Position numbers and translations under genes: made by a program | Origin: Oculina patagonica | Lineage: Eukaryota | Length of the DNA: 64,000 bases | Direction of reading: 5' to 3' | NCBI RefSeq assembly: GCF_052425735.1 | Contig: NC_135760.1 | Location: 8,246,001-8,310,000 of the forward strand | In this document: one piece after another, positions 1 through 13,475 of the stretch | Layout: each line of letters starts with the position of its first letter | How positions within the stretch are numbered: position 1 is the stretch's first letter | Notes under the pieces: generated by a model | Seen by the model: only the letters and a program-made list of their open reading frames with translations | Databases searched by the model: none | What the model was told of the DNA's origin: nothing

Positions 1-291
1 GAATATAAAACGCAAACGATGCCTCCTCCTGAGAACTAAAATTTTTTAACACGAGTTCTTAGAAAAGCAAAAACACTAAGGACATCGTCTGTAAAAGCAT
101 GATCACAAGCTCTGCGATATGAAGAGAATTTTGCGATAAACGCTACATTTGATCCAGAGTTTGTTAGGTGAGCCTTTACTAGGCAATTAACCTATATACA
201 CACAAAGGTCTCGGTAGTACATTATAGACTTGTGATGTAGGGCAAAAATAAAGAGCAGTAAAAAGGAAATCGAGACATATATTGTACTTAC

Positions 292-446
292 TGTCATCCT
301 AGGAACATACTTTCAAGTTGTTTATAGTAGCTTGAACTTAAACATAGCGAAGAAGTCCTTCGAAGCCGGCAGTATATACTTGAAGTTGTTTTAAAACAGC
401 GAAACTCAACTAAATACTCTAATGTAGATTTGGTGCTTTATTTATA
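292..446 (-). promoter_or_regulatory. Possible TATA/Inr promoter and first exon of a minus-strand gene continuing off the left edge
   Basis: On the minus strand: TATAAAT at 446-440, Inr-like TTAGTT near 411, then ATGACA followed by a consensus donor GTAAGT at 291. No downstream exon can be confirmed in this window. Confidence 0.3.
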
Positions 447-1190
447 GTAAAAAAACAAAATGGAACATGACTAATGTTATCTGCATGCCACGCAGAGTAA
501 CGTACAAGATCTACGCAACTTTTGGCGTCATAACTCACACCCGAGGCCACGGAATCACGTACAGAAATTACTAGCACTACAAGAACAATCTATTAACGCG
601 TGCATGAAGAAGTGTTGACAGATTCTTACGGCCGGCAAGGTACGATTTTCCTCGCCGTCACGCAACACCTACATATGACAGCAGCAATACCCCTTCTGGT
701 GCCCAGTCTTCTTGGTACACTGTGTTGTGGTTCCGGTTCACTGTGTTGTGGTTACCCTGTCGTGGGTGTACGTCCCAAATATATATGTCTTCACTGGTCG
801 TAAAAGGACTAAGTTACGTTATTTAAGGACTTTAAGGCGGTTCGGTTGCATACAAACTAGCTTACCAAACCAAGCAAAACTTCTTGATAACTTTTTGAGT
901 TGAAAAAATGTAAAATTAAAATTGCATTGGTACTTTATGAGTTCCATTTTTACATAAGCTTTCTTTAAAACTGGCTTGATAAACATTGATAACGTAACTC
1001 GGAAATAAGAGGTCGTTGAAAACAATGAATGGATGCCGACAGAAAGTTTAACTTCAAATCGTCCTCGTTCATTTTGAAACTGAGAATCTGTCATTGAATG
1101 TATTTTTTTTAAAGTTGGATTTAATAAGATAAGAATCACCAAAACCTCACGCGATCTAGCCCATCTTACTATTCAAACAATGACTTTTTT

Positions 1191-4100
1191 TTACACAGAT
1201 GCCGAGGCATTAGACAGTTCTTGTTCTTGAGGCAAAACGTCTCCCGCATCAATGCTATATTTGCAGGACTCCTTTCTGCCAGGTTCTGTGGGTGTAAAAT
1301 GAAGCAAAATTAAGGTCTGTGTTGAATTAAAAATAACATGACAAATGATAGAACTTGCGTACTGACTGGATGAGAAGTTTGCTATTACACGGGTGGGTAC
1401 TTGTTGAACTGTGCTCGGTTATGTCGGCGTTCCATTCTTTTTAAATCAAATGTATAACTAAAGACCAGGAGATGTAAGATGCGAGATGTAGTTTTCTAAA
1501 ACAGGTTTAAAAGTATTCTTTAAATGTAACATGCATTCCTTGTTTCTGTAATATTATAGAAATATTTGTAAAAGTTTGGAGGAACTCTTAAGAGCTCAGT
1601 TGTGGAAACACGCCCTGTTAGCAAATGTTCCCATAGTACTGAATTATTGTTCTCCTCTTTCCCACTATTGTTTTCCATAACTATATACTAGGCATGGAAA
1701 TGTTTTTAATTTATCTTAATATTTTTAGTATTATGGACTTAACTTTACTCTCTGAAACAAGGTGATTTGATAATGATTGAATTTTTTATTTATTCATGTT
1801 TTCGCCACAAGTCCGAACTTGAAAAGAACACCCCAGTGGACAGAGTTATGACTGAAATACCCTGCCTCTTACCTTCTTTCCATTCGTTCAAGTTGACAAC
1901 TTTCAGATTGTAACAGTCTGTCAAATCGTTGGCCGCACTCCTTTCACGAAAGACACTCGGAGTGATTCGCAGAATCCCATCTGAGTTATCACACAGCACT
2001 CTTGCCAGAGTGGCATCTCGTACTGCATTCAGCTGACCCATGGTAAATCCAGTGTACGAATCATTCCTCTCATACCAAAAGCGATCCCCGACGCGAAGAT
2101 TTTCGAACCCTTTAACAAGAATGCAAGTAAATGTAGCGCCCAATATGCTTCCAGGCAAAGGAGTCTCGCTTATCCCTCCAACATACAAGTCGACGTCATC
2201 GACATTGTTGTTATATGCCACTCGGAGTCTCTCTCGCTGCGCTGGGTTTATGTTCGTGAAGTTGTCAATGGACGCGGCTAGGCCCAAGCCGCAAGCCATT
2301 CGGAACTGATTATATGGTGGCAGACCATGATCACGACCGCGCTGGATGTTGATAGCTGAGAGGTCGCCCACGATGCCATCTACTGGTGGTCCGTCTGCTA
2401 CCAGATTCTCTCGTACGGCTGGTGCGAAGAACCTAATGTATGAGAAATGTTCAAGCGCATGAGCATTAATCTTTATCATTATCATCAACATCATCATCAT
2501 CCTTAACATCATCATCCTTATCATCATCATCATCATCATCATCATCATCGTCATCATCACCATCACAGGCAGATTGTTTTGCTGTTCCCTTAAACCCAGC
2601 CCTTTGTTTCAGAAACTGTAGTTTACCATACCAACTATACTGTGCCCGCCTGGAAGGGATTTTTAAACTACTCCCGTATTTATATAAATGAGCAATAATT
2701 ATGACTACATGCAGCCTTATACACCTACCTGTCTACTTTTTGAGATGCTTGAGTTACTAGTCCCAAAAGGATTCCACCCATACCATTACCACTCAAAGAA
2801 TACAGAGGTGACGGATCAAAAAATGTTTTCGTTGGAATAAAACCTCGCTGATTGAATTGTCTGTTAAACTGCCCAAAATTATCTCTGATCAAGGTGTGGC
2901 CAACTCGAAGAGCGGCCGTAGCGAAGGCGTTTGGAATTTCTGGGTTGACTGTTGGATCGTAACCGTTAAAGAAATTCCCTGCTGGCTCCAGGAGAATATT
3001 TGCATGTTTTCGCTGAAAGAGAAAAGGATCGTAATTACCTTGGTCTTAAGTCTTTTTTACAGGTATAGTAGAATCCCGATTTCTCGAACCCTATGTTTCT
3101 CGAAAATCCCGATTTCTCGAATCAATTTTTTCCCTTGGATAGTACTTCTCTGTAATTTTACCCCGATTTCGTTAACACCCCGAAAGCTTGAAGCAATTTT
3201 TTTTTCCCTGAACGTTTTAGAAATCGGTATTCTATTGTGTACATTGTCGCTTTGTAGTCGTGAAAAGAAAAAAAAATATGTTAAAATGTCGATGTCTTTA
3301 GCAATGTTGTGCAAATTGGGGACACTGTAAACAAACAAAAAAATATTGTAAATAGAACAGAAACGTTTTGAAAACCCCAACTTGCAGGAGGCTGACCAGT
3401 TGGTTATTTACAAGGCATGGAAGAGTTTATTCCGGGGCCACCGAACACAAATCCAACTAGTAGCAGGAAGGAGGATTTGAACCCGGGATCTCCGGATTAC
3501 AAGACAAGCGCTCTAACCAGAAGGCCGCGCTTCCTCCAAAGCGAACAATTTCATTCGTAGGAGTTGTTAGTTTTCTAATAAGCCCAGTGAAGTGAAGGGC
3601 CTGTAGCGTATGCTAACCCTCAGTTCTTTCTGTATGCTTACCAATTCTTCACTGAAGAAGACAGGAAGCCATTCGTTGTACGTGATGTGCTGAAGCTCAG
3701 CAATCACGATTTTTCGTGCTTCTTGGAATAGTTTATCATCGCGCCATGATGGATTAAGAACGTGAAGGTACTTGGCGATACGGTTGTGTTCACGGACCCA
3801 AATAGTGTGCATCGCCATCAATGCTGTGTAAAAAGCAAATTAGAAAGAAAGACTTTAGTAGGGATTAGGATTCAATCGGTTTATATTATCTGGAAAGATA
3901 AGTTAAGGGATAAGCACTACCCTAGCACTAGCACTTTGGGTGATCAACTTTTTAAAAATGTTTATTTTAAATCTTCATTAAATCCTCACTTTTGCTTTGC
4001 TTTTTATTTAAAATGCACAAATCGCCTTTCCTTTTCTTCGCCTTCGTAATTCGACTTATTCGGAATCAGCTAATCATTCTTAAACTGAACTTTTACGGTG

Positions 4101-7100
4101 CAGTAGAATTCCAATTTCTTGAATTAAAAATTGCATCAAGATATTAGGAGGTTTCGAGAAATCGGGGGTAAAATTACAGAAAGTACTATTCTTTCGAGAA
4201 ATCGGGATTTTCGAGAAACCGATCGAGGATTCGAGAAATCGGGATCCTACTGTACTTTTAAATGCATTATGGTATCTTCCAATGCACAATGCAACTAATT
4301 CTAAATTCCGTAAAACTTCAAAGAGCGAATAATTATAGGTTAGTATTAAAATAAAAAGCATGCATAACACTTTATAACTCCAATACCCAATTAAATATTG
4401 TTAGTACTAAAGATGTTCTGTGGTTTCTTATCTTACGTCGTTTAACAACTCACAAAACCTACGCACAACTATTTATGTAAGATATTTACCTGGATTTTCA
4501 TTTATTCTGCTGTCGCCAGCAATGAAACACGGTTTCATTGCAGTATTAGGAGACCTGCAGAAAGTTTGCGACCCAGCCTCGGGTAGAATGGGAGATTTGG
4601 CGGAGCTTGTAGGGAACGGAACAACCCGTAGCAATCCCAGGTTAGCCTTTCGGTCACGAAGCAGTTCCGCTTCCTGACAATTGGCCCCGTAAACTTGTGA
4701 TCCGTCAATAAAAGCTGAAACAGTGTTAACCTGGAAATGTTAAAACAATAAGATGTTTAATAAAAATGAGATGTTTAACATGACACGAGCATGGGACAAA
4801 GAACAATTCTGAGTCCCCGACGGGAATTGAACCCATGGCCTCCCAGACACCGGTTGGGCGCTCTAACCAACTGAGCTACGAGAGACTCGTTTTTATATGT
4901 GACACGCGTCCTGCATACTGCTAGGATCAGCAATGTCGAAATCATCAAGTGTGCAGTAAATAAATAAATATAATTTACTACAAACTTGATGAATTCGACA
5001 TTGCTGATCCTAGCAGTATGCTGGACGCGTGTCACATATCAACCTAGTAAATGGCCCAGCTCACAACGGTCTCTCGTAGCTCAGTTGGTTAGAGCGCCCA
5101 ACCGGTATCTGGGAGGCCATGGGTTCGATTCCCGTCGGGGACTCAGAATTGTTCTTTGTCCCATGCTCGTGTCATGTTGAACATCTCATCTTTATTATTT
5201 ATTACCGAGCTTAAAATTTACCATCTTTATTATTTAATAAGATGTTTTGAAGCCATACAATTTTGCCAACGAATCCTGAGGTATTTAGTGAAGGGTTAAA
5301 TGATCGGCGCAGAAGGTAATAGATCCTGGTAAAAAATTAGGAATAGAGACAAGCTTGTGATATATTTTATTTTTGATTAAAATAACTCTATGGCTGATAT
5401 GAGAGTTAGGTTATATACCTACAAAACAGTATTAGAGGTACATGGTACATAGCAACTTAATAAATCCAGACTTCCTGAGAAGAAAGAGACTGAAGAAGGG
5501 CTAAGCCCGAAAAGTCCGTGTTCGTCTAATTATATAATACAGCAAAGAGTTTTTCAACTTTGTACTTTACAACTGATCTTGGCCTTCAAATAATGAAAAA
5601 ATGAAAAAAAATATCAATCGCTGGCGATCTTTCTGCATATTTGAAACCTTACTTCAAAAAGCATCTATTAGCCTTATGTTACTTGTTATAGAGCGGACTT
5701 CTTTAAAGTGTAAAAGCTTTAGGTTTAAAATCAGGTACAAAACTTTAAAACTTAAACCATCGCTTGGCATCGGCTACTTGCATTGCTTTTAGTTTCCATT
5801 CGTTCACTTGTTTGCGTTTGCTTTAATTGGTTCTCCATTGTATTGCTTTTCTTTTAGCTCAAAGAGACATTGTCACGGGGATTTTTCTGCTTTTCAGTCA
5901 AAAGTGCTAAAATTGGCAAAGTTCCCTTGCTCGTACACGAAATGCATCTAGAACATAAAGGTGAAGATATAAAGCAAATTGTGTTGAAGGAAGATGGGAG
6001 CCGTTGTAAATTTTTTAGTTGTTTTTCAGGCCACAAAGGCAGAACTTGAAAAACCAGCCTGACTTTTTCAAGTTGAGATCAAATCTTTCTGATGACAACA
6101 CATAAATATCACTTGTTTATAGCATAGTAACTTTGAACAAAACTGGACCATTATTTGTTGATTTCTATACGTCTTTAGGCTTTTAAATTTTTGAAGTAAA
6201 GCTCATGACAATGTCCCTTTAACGAACACTCAGTTAAAAACCACTTTAATTTTTAACTGACCTGTTCACCATTTTTCATCGCTGACCGACGAAGTGGCAT
6301 GCACACTGCACTTCGATTATCCCTCAATTCATTCCCCCGGCTTATGTTGATACCGATACATCCCTGTTCAGGACCCCGACAAGGCAGGCTGTTATTACCG
6401 CACTCCACGCTCTCGTTTGCTTGGGTCAAAGTGATGTCGTGGTCCAAGAATTGTCCCCAAGTCATGGTCATGTGAGTGAAATTCGCCGTCGTGTTATCGT
6501 CGTTCGCTGTCGAGCTCACGAATACTATCGTGCTGATGTTTCTAGCGTTCGGAAGCGGCTGGTTGTTTGATCCCAGACTTCGCGGCGCTTGCACGCCGTC
6601 TTGATAGGCGGGCGGTAGCAGGCGTAGAAACGGCCTCAAGGCACTTCCTCTTGTAATATTGCACAGGTTATTGCACGATCCGTCAAACGTGCGATATCGA
6701 CGCATGAAGCAACTTAGCTGAATGTGCAGGGACACCGGCTCACATTTTCCTGTCATCATCGAGTTCAGAACACGGCGAGTGAAGGAATTTCCAATGTACG
6801 ATGCGTGACTCAAAGTACACATAACGGCCATGAAGATGAAACATTGCAGAGCCCTGTGTTTGAATTAATTAAAAGCTCAATTAGCAATAGATCCAAAATC
6901 ACGAAGCTATTTATATTTATTTATATTTGTAAGTCTTAGCTTGTTGATAAATAAGAGTCACTTTAAAGGGGCCTGAAAATTACAATTTTCATTATAATAT
7001 AGCAAATAATCTTAATAATCAAGGATGGTCACTGGAAAACGGCGAAAAAAATATTAAAAATGGAGGTTAAAGCCTCTAAAGGAATGGAAACTGTTAGCTA

Positions 7101-7359
7101 ACTTTTTTGAGATAGGCCATCTGGGAATTAGCGCCAGTAAGGTACTAACATTACTATAACCATTGAACAATTAAATCTGAAGTTTTATTATGTACATATT
7201 GAGCCTCTTCGTTAAACCTCCTTCCAAATTGCCAACACGGAAACCATTATTTCGACACACTCTTTGCCTTTAAAAAATACATGCGCCTGAAACAGTTTAC
7301 TCATTCATTCCCATACAACTCATAATCATGTTAATTTCAATTTACCTAGCTTCCTTCAT
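1191..7359 (-). CDS. Secreted animal heme peroxidase (peroxidase-cyclooxygenase superfamily; catalytic domain only), paralog A, about 655 aa
   Basis: Seven coding exons, all GT-AG and in frame: 7359-7346, 6853-6262, 4730-4490, 3823-3642, 3012-2729, 2432-1873, 1285-1191 (1968 nt). Signal peptide MKEARALQCFIFMAVMCTLSHA. Motifs: YRTFDGSCNN; distal WGQFLDHD; Ca-loop SAFIDGSQVYG; GDSRINENP (distal Arg, Glu); REHNRIA; proximal His ALRVGHTLI; [14 protein letters not shown]; GDRFWYE. Confidence 0.95.
2472..2565. repeat. (ATC)n microsatellite in an intron of peroxidase A
   Basis: About 30 imperfect ATC units; produces the spurious poly-Met N-terminus of ORF 1790..2566. Confidence 0.95.
3064..3239. 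mobile_element. Tc1/mariner-like MITE (CAGTAGAATCCCG-type termini)
   Basis: Imperfect TIRs tagtagaatcccgattt...gaaatcggtattctattg. A related copy in the opposite orientation lies at 4101-4252. Confidence 0.7.
3372..3538 (-). mobile_element. tRNA-derived SINE remnant
   Basis: Reverse complement carries a tRNA-like head (tggttagagcgc...ccgggttcaaatcct, A/B-box-like) followed by a non-tRNA body. Confidence 0.6.
4101..4252. mobile_element. Tc1/mariner-like MITE, same family as 3064-3239
   Basis: cagtagaattcc...gggatcctactg followed by TA; internal sequence is the reverse complement of the 3064 copy. Confidence 0.7.
4759..5235. mobile_element. Inverted-duplicated tRNA-containing retroelement with 12-bp TSD
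   Basis: 4769-4940 is a near-perfect reverse complement of 4994-5187, apart from one ~30-nt insert. It contains A-box TAGCTCAGTTGG and B-box GGTTCGATTCC. AATAAGATGTTT flanks it at 4747-4758 and 5236-5247. Confidence 0.8.
5490..5516 (+). ncRNA. Degenerate minimal hammerhead ribozyme core (Penelope-like element remnant)
   Basis: CTGAAGA-a-GGGC-taa-GCCC-GAAA-aGTC: the CUGANGA, stem II, GAAA and GUC pattern, with one change from the usual GAAACGUC. Confidence 0.55.
5861..6222. mobile_element. Kolobok-like non-autonomous DNA element
   Basis: Termini aaagagacattgtcacg...catgacaatgtccct-TTAA, similar to other copies in the window. Confidence 0.6.
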
Positions 7360-10300
7360 TGTTTGAAGTTCCACTAGCTGTTTCCACTGTTCAAGTTATA
7401 CCTGTTTGAGTGGGAAATAAAAAGAACAAGAAGAAATGTGTTACAAATTCCTCATATTCCTCTGAAAGGAAAAAAAAGAGCTTGAATAATCATAAAAGAT
7501 TGAGAATTTGACTTGATCCATCGCCACTGACACATATGGCCAGTGAAGGCTTTCACCATTAATTTCAAACAATTGCTTTTCACAACTACCTAGGATTATA
7601 ATATGTGCCAACATAACTCTGTAATGTTTATATTTTTAAAGGGATTCCATTCAAAAACTCTTGTCCTGAAAGTTTAAAAATTAGCAAAGATTGCACTTAC
7701 TCTTTCAAAATTTAAGGGCAGTAGATGCAAGGTCCCCTTGCCTTGTAACAAGACCTTTATCAAACAATATATTTTCACTTTTCCAAATTAAGCTACCAAG
7801 TCAGACTAAATCGATAAACAAAACAATACGACACATAGGATCGTATAGGAAAAGAACATTTGTCACCTTTTTAAACTCTTGCTAAGGGAAAAATTTGATG
7901 CTTTCGATGAAGAATTATAAATAGAGTTCGATGTAGGGGCTGCTATGTCAATTCGGGTATGGTGAGTTGTTCCTGATATTGATCAATATACTAGATTAGG
8001 TTTAATCCCAGTGCCCAATATTAACTAAATTACGATCTTTTACCGCTTTGTTTCATAGAAAAGCCCGATGGTTTTCAAGAACAATCAAGGTATTTTGTGA
8101 AACAAAACAAACATTCAAACCAATCAGTTGTCCTCAATGACGACAAACCGAGGTGAGATTGTTGATTTATTTAATAGTAAAAAAAACAGTAAAATTCTTT
8201 ACTGTCTGTCTTCACTGTTCGATCTCAGGTTTAAGAGGGTTGAACGATTTTTTATTAGAAATTTCTGAATGGTTTTGTGAGGCATTTAACGACTCAAATT
8301 TGTGATACGTGAACATGTTTATGGAACATCGGTTTGTTTGTTCGTTGCTGAAACATATACACTTTATGTTTGTATCTTATTAGACGTTTCTTGGACGTGT
8401 TTGAAGGCGATCCAAGATATTTTCAAAATTAAATAAGGCTGCGTTCTGTCCAATTCAAGCAAAGGCAACACACGAATTAAAGCACGAATTAATAACAAAA
8501 CGATCCATACGTACCAAAGCAATTTTTCTTTTCCTTGCTTCCTGTCGGAAACAAATCTTTTAGAGACCTGAAAAGCGACTCGCAAAGAGGCTACTTCAGT
8601 GAGTCGTTCTATTTGCAGACTTCCGAGCCGTGTTTTCTAAGACTTTGTACATCTTGTGCCTCATTATGACATTTATTACCACTTATTTCCATTGATCATG
8701 ACCTTCTCTTTTACGAGAAACAATTACTTTTTGACTGTTCCAAGTATTTTTAGAAGAAACGTTGATATGTCTTCTCCAAACTCAAGCACCGTGAAGTGAA
8801 AAACACTGCAAATTTTAACCGTTGACGTTTAGTCTTAAGTTCTCAGAACAATACTCAATTGCCAAGCATATATGCTATTTAGAGAATCTAAGATATTAAG
8901 TTTCAATCTGCTAACGAGACTAACGAAACAAGTGATATCATTCCCTTTCTTAAAGTGTAATTATGTATGATTCAAGGCCAGAAAATAAAGTTAAGTTCCG
9001 TCATAATGGAGACCCTCTAAACTGGCGACACCTTGGTTTCCCAACAGCGGCGCTAATTCTGTAATAACGGCAGTTGTTTTTTTTTGAAAGTACATTTGCA
9101 TGGATCCGTGATGGGTGGTGTCGTTTATAACGAGACTTCATCATAGAGGGAGTAGTTGACTAGTTGAGTAGTAAAATATTTTGATAGTTAACTTTTTTTT
9201 CTTTTTTCAGTTTCGTCTGTTTTGAAGCAGATTTTGTCTGAGTATAATGCATTTAAATAGTTTCGCCATAGTTTTAAGATATCTACTTGTAATCGGTGGC
9301 TATTATTAGTCATTTCGTTTAGCGTTTAGGTTTTTCATGGTCTGCTTATTCAGTTGTCTTTTACTGTCTAAAGCAATTAAGTCTAACGACCAATTATTGC
9401 TCTTTACTGCAAGCTGAGGAGAAGTAGGAAAGCAAAGGAGTAGGATTTCTTAATACTATTTCGTTCAATTTCTGCCTCCACCATTTTCTGCTGACCCTTC
9501 AGTTTTATCTAACGAAAAATGCGATTACCTTCTATCAAATCACTTTTTATCGTTTATTGGCGCCATACTGACCGGCCATTTCATCTCCTGACATTCGCCT
9601 AACGTCCAGACATCTCTAGTGTTTCCGCCCCGTGTTGTCGCCACGTCCTAAAATGGCGATGATTTTCACAACAACTTCTTGATTTTAGCATCATACAGAA
9701 GTTACACATGCATGGATTTGTAAATTTTGGGTTCACATCTGCATACACCTTAGTTTTATTTGGCCTCATTTAAGTTACCTGCGATGACTTACTATGCCAA
9801 GAGATAAAATAAACCTCACACAATTGTACAAGTGGTAAAACGTTATTAACAGATATTGTTGCCTCTCACTTCATAAAGGGTTGACTTTCTTCTGTTTTAA
9901 TACCAAAATCATGCCATTTTGATCATCAAAAGCTGTTTGACATCAAAAAATCTCATTTATTACTTTTTTGTTGATTTGGATCAGGTCTGGCATCTTCAGA
10001 GAGAGCGAGTCAAAGAAAGCCTGCTGTCCACAAACCGTTTTCGGTCCACGTGATAATCAGGTAGTTGCACTTTCTAGCTTCTTTTACTCTAACATTTACT
10101 AAGCTTCATTGAGACTCATGTGCAGCTGAATTGAAAGTCTGACGAAACGTTAATTGTATCACATCAACTTAGCCGTTTCCAAAAAGTTAAATTGCTTTAA
10201 GGTTTGCAGGAAAGGTTTGAAGGCAATTTTTGTCATTTTGGAATGCGAAATAAAAATAGCCGTCTGTATTCGCCTAAATTAAATACCCGAGAAGTCACAC

Positions 10301-10814
10301 CAACAGCATATTTATATAAGTGATTAGTCCGCACTTATCTTAAGCAACGTGAGAGGTAAAATGCATAGAGAAGGGTTTAAAACGGCTAAATTAAGAAAAA
10401 CTGCCATCATTTCATTTCTAATTGTAAGCTTTGAATGAGAGACAAAAATACGTGGAAGCTTGGACGAAATATGCTAACAAGACAGTTAACCTACTTTAAC
10501 TTTCCCGATCCTTTAATTTATCTCAATCGTCAAATTTCTCACTCTTAATTGGAAACGTTGCTTATCCTAAAAGTTCAATCGCTACTGAACCTTGCTAACT
10601 AAAAATACTACGTAACTGCTTGAATCCAAATGCTAAAATGTTAATACCCCAAATTTTTAATTGATGATTAATTTAACACAAAATACTACTGATGTTTACT
10701 TGCACTAAACATTAAATCGTTGACTAATTCCAAATACAATCGGCCTGTCCTAAATACTGAATGACTTGCTTTTCTACAAACCAAATAGCTGTTCACTCTG
10801 AAACATTACAAAAA

Positions 10815-12030
10815 TATCTTTTATTTATTTATTAACAATTCCAAAATTTACAAAAAAATACAATATAAAGTTATAAAAATACAATTGAACTCAAAGAGAA
10901 AATCAAAGTTAACGTGAAACCAAAAAGCAATTCTACTTAACGTTTAGCAAGATTGTTTTCGTATGAAATCACTTTGCGTGCACAATAAACTCAAATGCAC
11001 CGTCGCTATTCAAGCTAACGAGAAAAGACAATCAAGAGTTGCAGGCTTTCGCCTCGCCTTTCTCTCAATGAGAAGTCCCTCCTGCGAAAAATGGTTTACC
11101 TTCAACGCCCTAACAGCAAGCAACGACGTATTGCCAAAAATCATCTTCAAAACAAACTGTTTCGATCGGCCTATCCTCAGATGAAGTTTGGGCAAAGACT
11201 GTTTCGTTCACAGCGCACCGCATTCCTTGTAGACGTACTTCATCTTTCTTCCATCCTTTCTTTACTGATTCTACGAGACCCTGGCTTTTACGGAAGATTT
11301 AATAATAGCTGCGAAAAACTGACCTTTCAAGCTGCGGCAATCTTTGCTTACAAACCGCTATACAATCTTGTTATTTTCAATAATAGATTTCTATCCTCTG
11401 GTTTAACATGGATGTCGGAAGACCGCTTCGAGTTTTAACATCGCTTTGTTTTCCTCATTGCCACAGACATTTTTTGGAATACCAACAAACTTAAAGTAAA
11501 ATTTTCCTTCAAGCACTGTTCTTGCCTGTCGATACTTTCGTCTTGTTCGTCAATGTCATCTTATCTTCCTTGCCTTTATCTTTCGTTTTATAGTCGCTTG
11601 TAATAATTTTGTCTTTCTGTTCAACACTTCTTCAGCGGTTTGCAGTTCGGCTTCTTCATTCTTCTTTCTAGTTCATTTACAGGCTAGTCAACGGTTTCTA
11701 TAAATCTTTAAGTATTTAATGCATCAACCTCGGAGTTTGTGTTAGTCCTCTTTCCGTTCATACAGAACGTTGTAGATCGGAATCCGCAGTGGCCGCCATG
11801 TTGGGCGCTAAGAACTGCTCGCCTGTTTTATCGCTGGCGGAGATTCGCAATCGCTTCATTTTTTCTTCGATCCTGTTTCTACTGGAGACGTTACTTGCAA
11901 ATAAATTTCATGCTGAGTAAAATTGGTTCTTTATTAAAGTTTAACGGTTGTCGCGGAGGACAAGTTCCAAAAAGCGCTTAAGTTCCAAAAACGTTGTTGT
12001 CATCATCGACCACCCACGCACGCTTCTCGT
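10815..12030 (-). mobile_element. Decayed non-LTR retrotransposon-like remnant
   Basis: On the minus strand: GC-richer 5' end, a charged and frameshifted ORF1-like stretch, and an A-rich tail near 10815-10880. No intact ORF. Confidence 0.35.
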
Positions 12031-13244
12031 GATCAAATAATGACTAAATCACTTATACTAGATTATTGCTTACTCTAAATAGTTAAATCATTGCCTAATC
12101 CTGCCACTAAAAGTTAAACCCTTGCAGTTATTTGAAACTGACGATACAATTCATGGGAGTTCAGTTAAATGACAACGTTCCGCGACAAACGACAATCGTT
12201 TGTGTGGCTAGAAGGTGCACGTTTCGCCACTGATACCTCGAATCATAAAACAAATCTATCAGAATATTAAAACAGGAAAGAAAATTACACATTCACTAAG
12301 TGCGAAACACCTCCCTTTTAGGTTGAAATGGAAAACGGAAAACTTCAACATTTACCGGAAAAACCAACGTGATGCTTTTATCTTTCAATTGGGTGTTTCC
12401 GTTAACGCAGTCACTGCCAAACTGAAATTTCATGATCCATGGATACTTTTACTGCAATTTTCTTCTTCTTACCTTATGTATTCGTCTCACAGTCGGATCT
12501 GATGTATCAGTTAGTGTTACTCAGTAGAGCACAACAGTAGAATCTGCTTCCCCTGATTAAAACTGTGAAGTTTTCAATCGAAATCGTCAGTTTTAATCGT
12601 TGAACGTGGGTGGAGCTCTGACAGCTCCAATGAGAAACGAAGAGCGTTACTCAGAGCACGTTCTCATTCATGAGTGGTTAAGATGTGTCACGTGTCAACG
12701 TGCCGTCCCACAGCTTAAACTAGGAATATTGGATGTTTACCGTAAAAGGTTATTATGAGCGCCTTAAATGAAGCTCGAATCGATTTAGGACAATTTTTGT
12801 GGTTAACCCTCATTAGAAGGTTTCGTCGTATCCTTGCATAATTGTGCGCTTGCGGTAAGCAAGTCCGCCCTAGTTAGCAAGTATATTAGTCTTTGTAAGT
12901 AAAAAGCTAACCGAATCAAATTTGTCTTGTAAATTCTGTGTTAAAACTGATCAAATTAAGTTCGCGTGCAGGGAAAATATTTGAGAGATATTGAACACAA
13001 TAACTTCATTTTGACTTCACCAAGACGACCGTCATATTCAAAGATATTTGTCTATCAGTCTTATCTCTTCCTTGAAGTTACACGATATGCTTGCGTTTCA
13101 CTTTCTAAACGTTACACCCACCTCGGACAAATATCAATGCATATTTTGCTCGCCAAAAGGAAGTTGTTGTTTAGTCGCGTGGGTTTTTATAATGGGTAAC
13201 TTGTAGTTAGGTTTGTATATTATTTTGAGGGCATAGTTTCAAGG

Positions 13245-13475
13245 CTCAGTATAAGAAAAATGCGTCACTTGCTTACAGGATATTTCATTCAGTTATGATG
13301 GAAGACTGCACTGTATCATGTTGGTGAAAAGACATACAAAAGACAGTTTGAGAAAATGCGTCACCTACTTAAAATATATTTCATTCAGTTACGATCGAAG
13401 GCTCCAGAGTGCCCATGTTGGTAAAAAGGCATCATACAATAGTTAGTCTTAGAAAAACGCGTCACCAACGTTCAG
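13245..13475. repeat. Degenerate ~97-bp tandem repeat, about 2.5 copies
   Basis: gaaaaatgcgtcac...tatttcattcagtta recurs near 13255, 13352 and 13452. Confidence 0.7.

Noticed and set aside
819-1142. 107-aa minus-strand ORF
   Set aside because: No convincing domain; at most a highly decayed Penelope-like 3' end in the peroxidase A 3' region.
2433-2566. Poly-Met N-terminus of ORF 1790..2566
   Set aside because: It is an intronic (ATC)n microsatellite; the true exon starts at 2432.
5069-5145. tRNA gene (also 4810-4887 and 46890-46960)
   Set aside because: A and B boxes are present, but the anticodon and acceptor arms are irregular and each copy is embedded in a TSD-flanked repeat.
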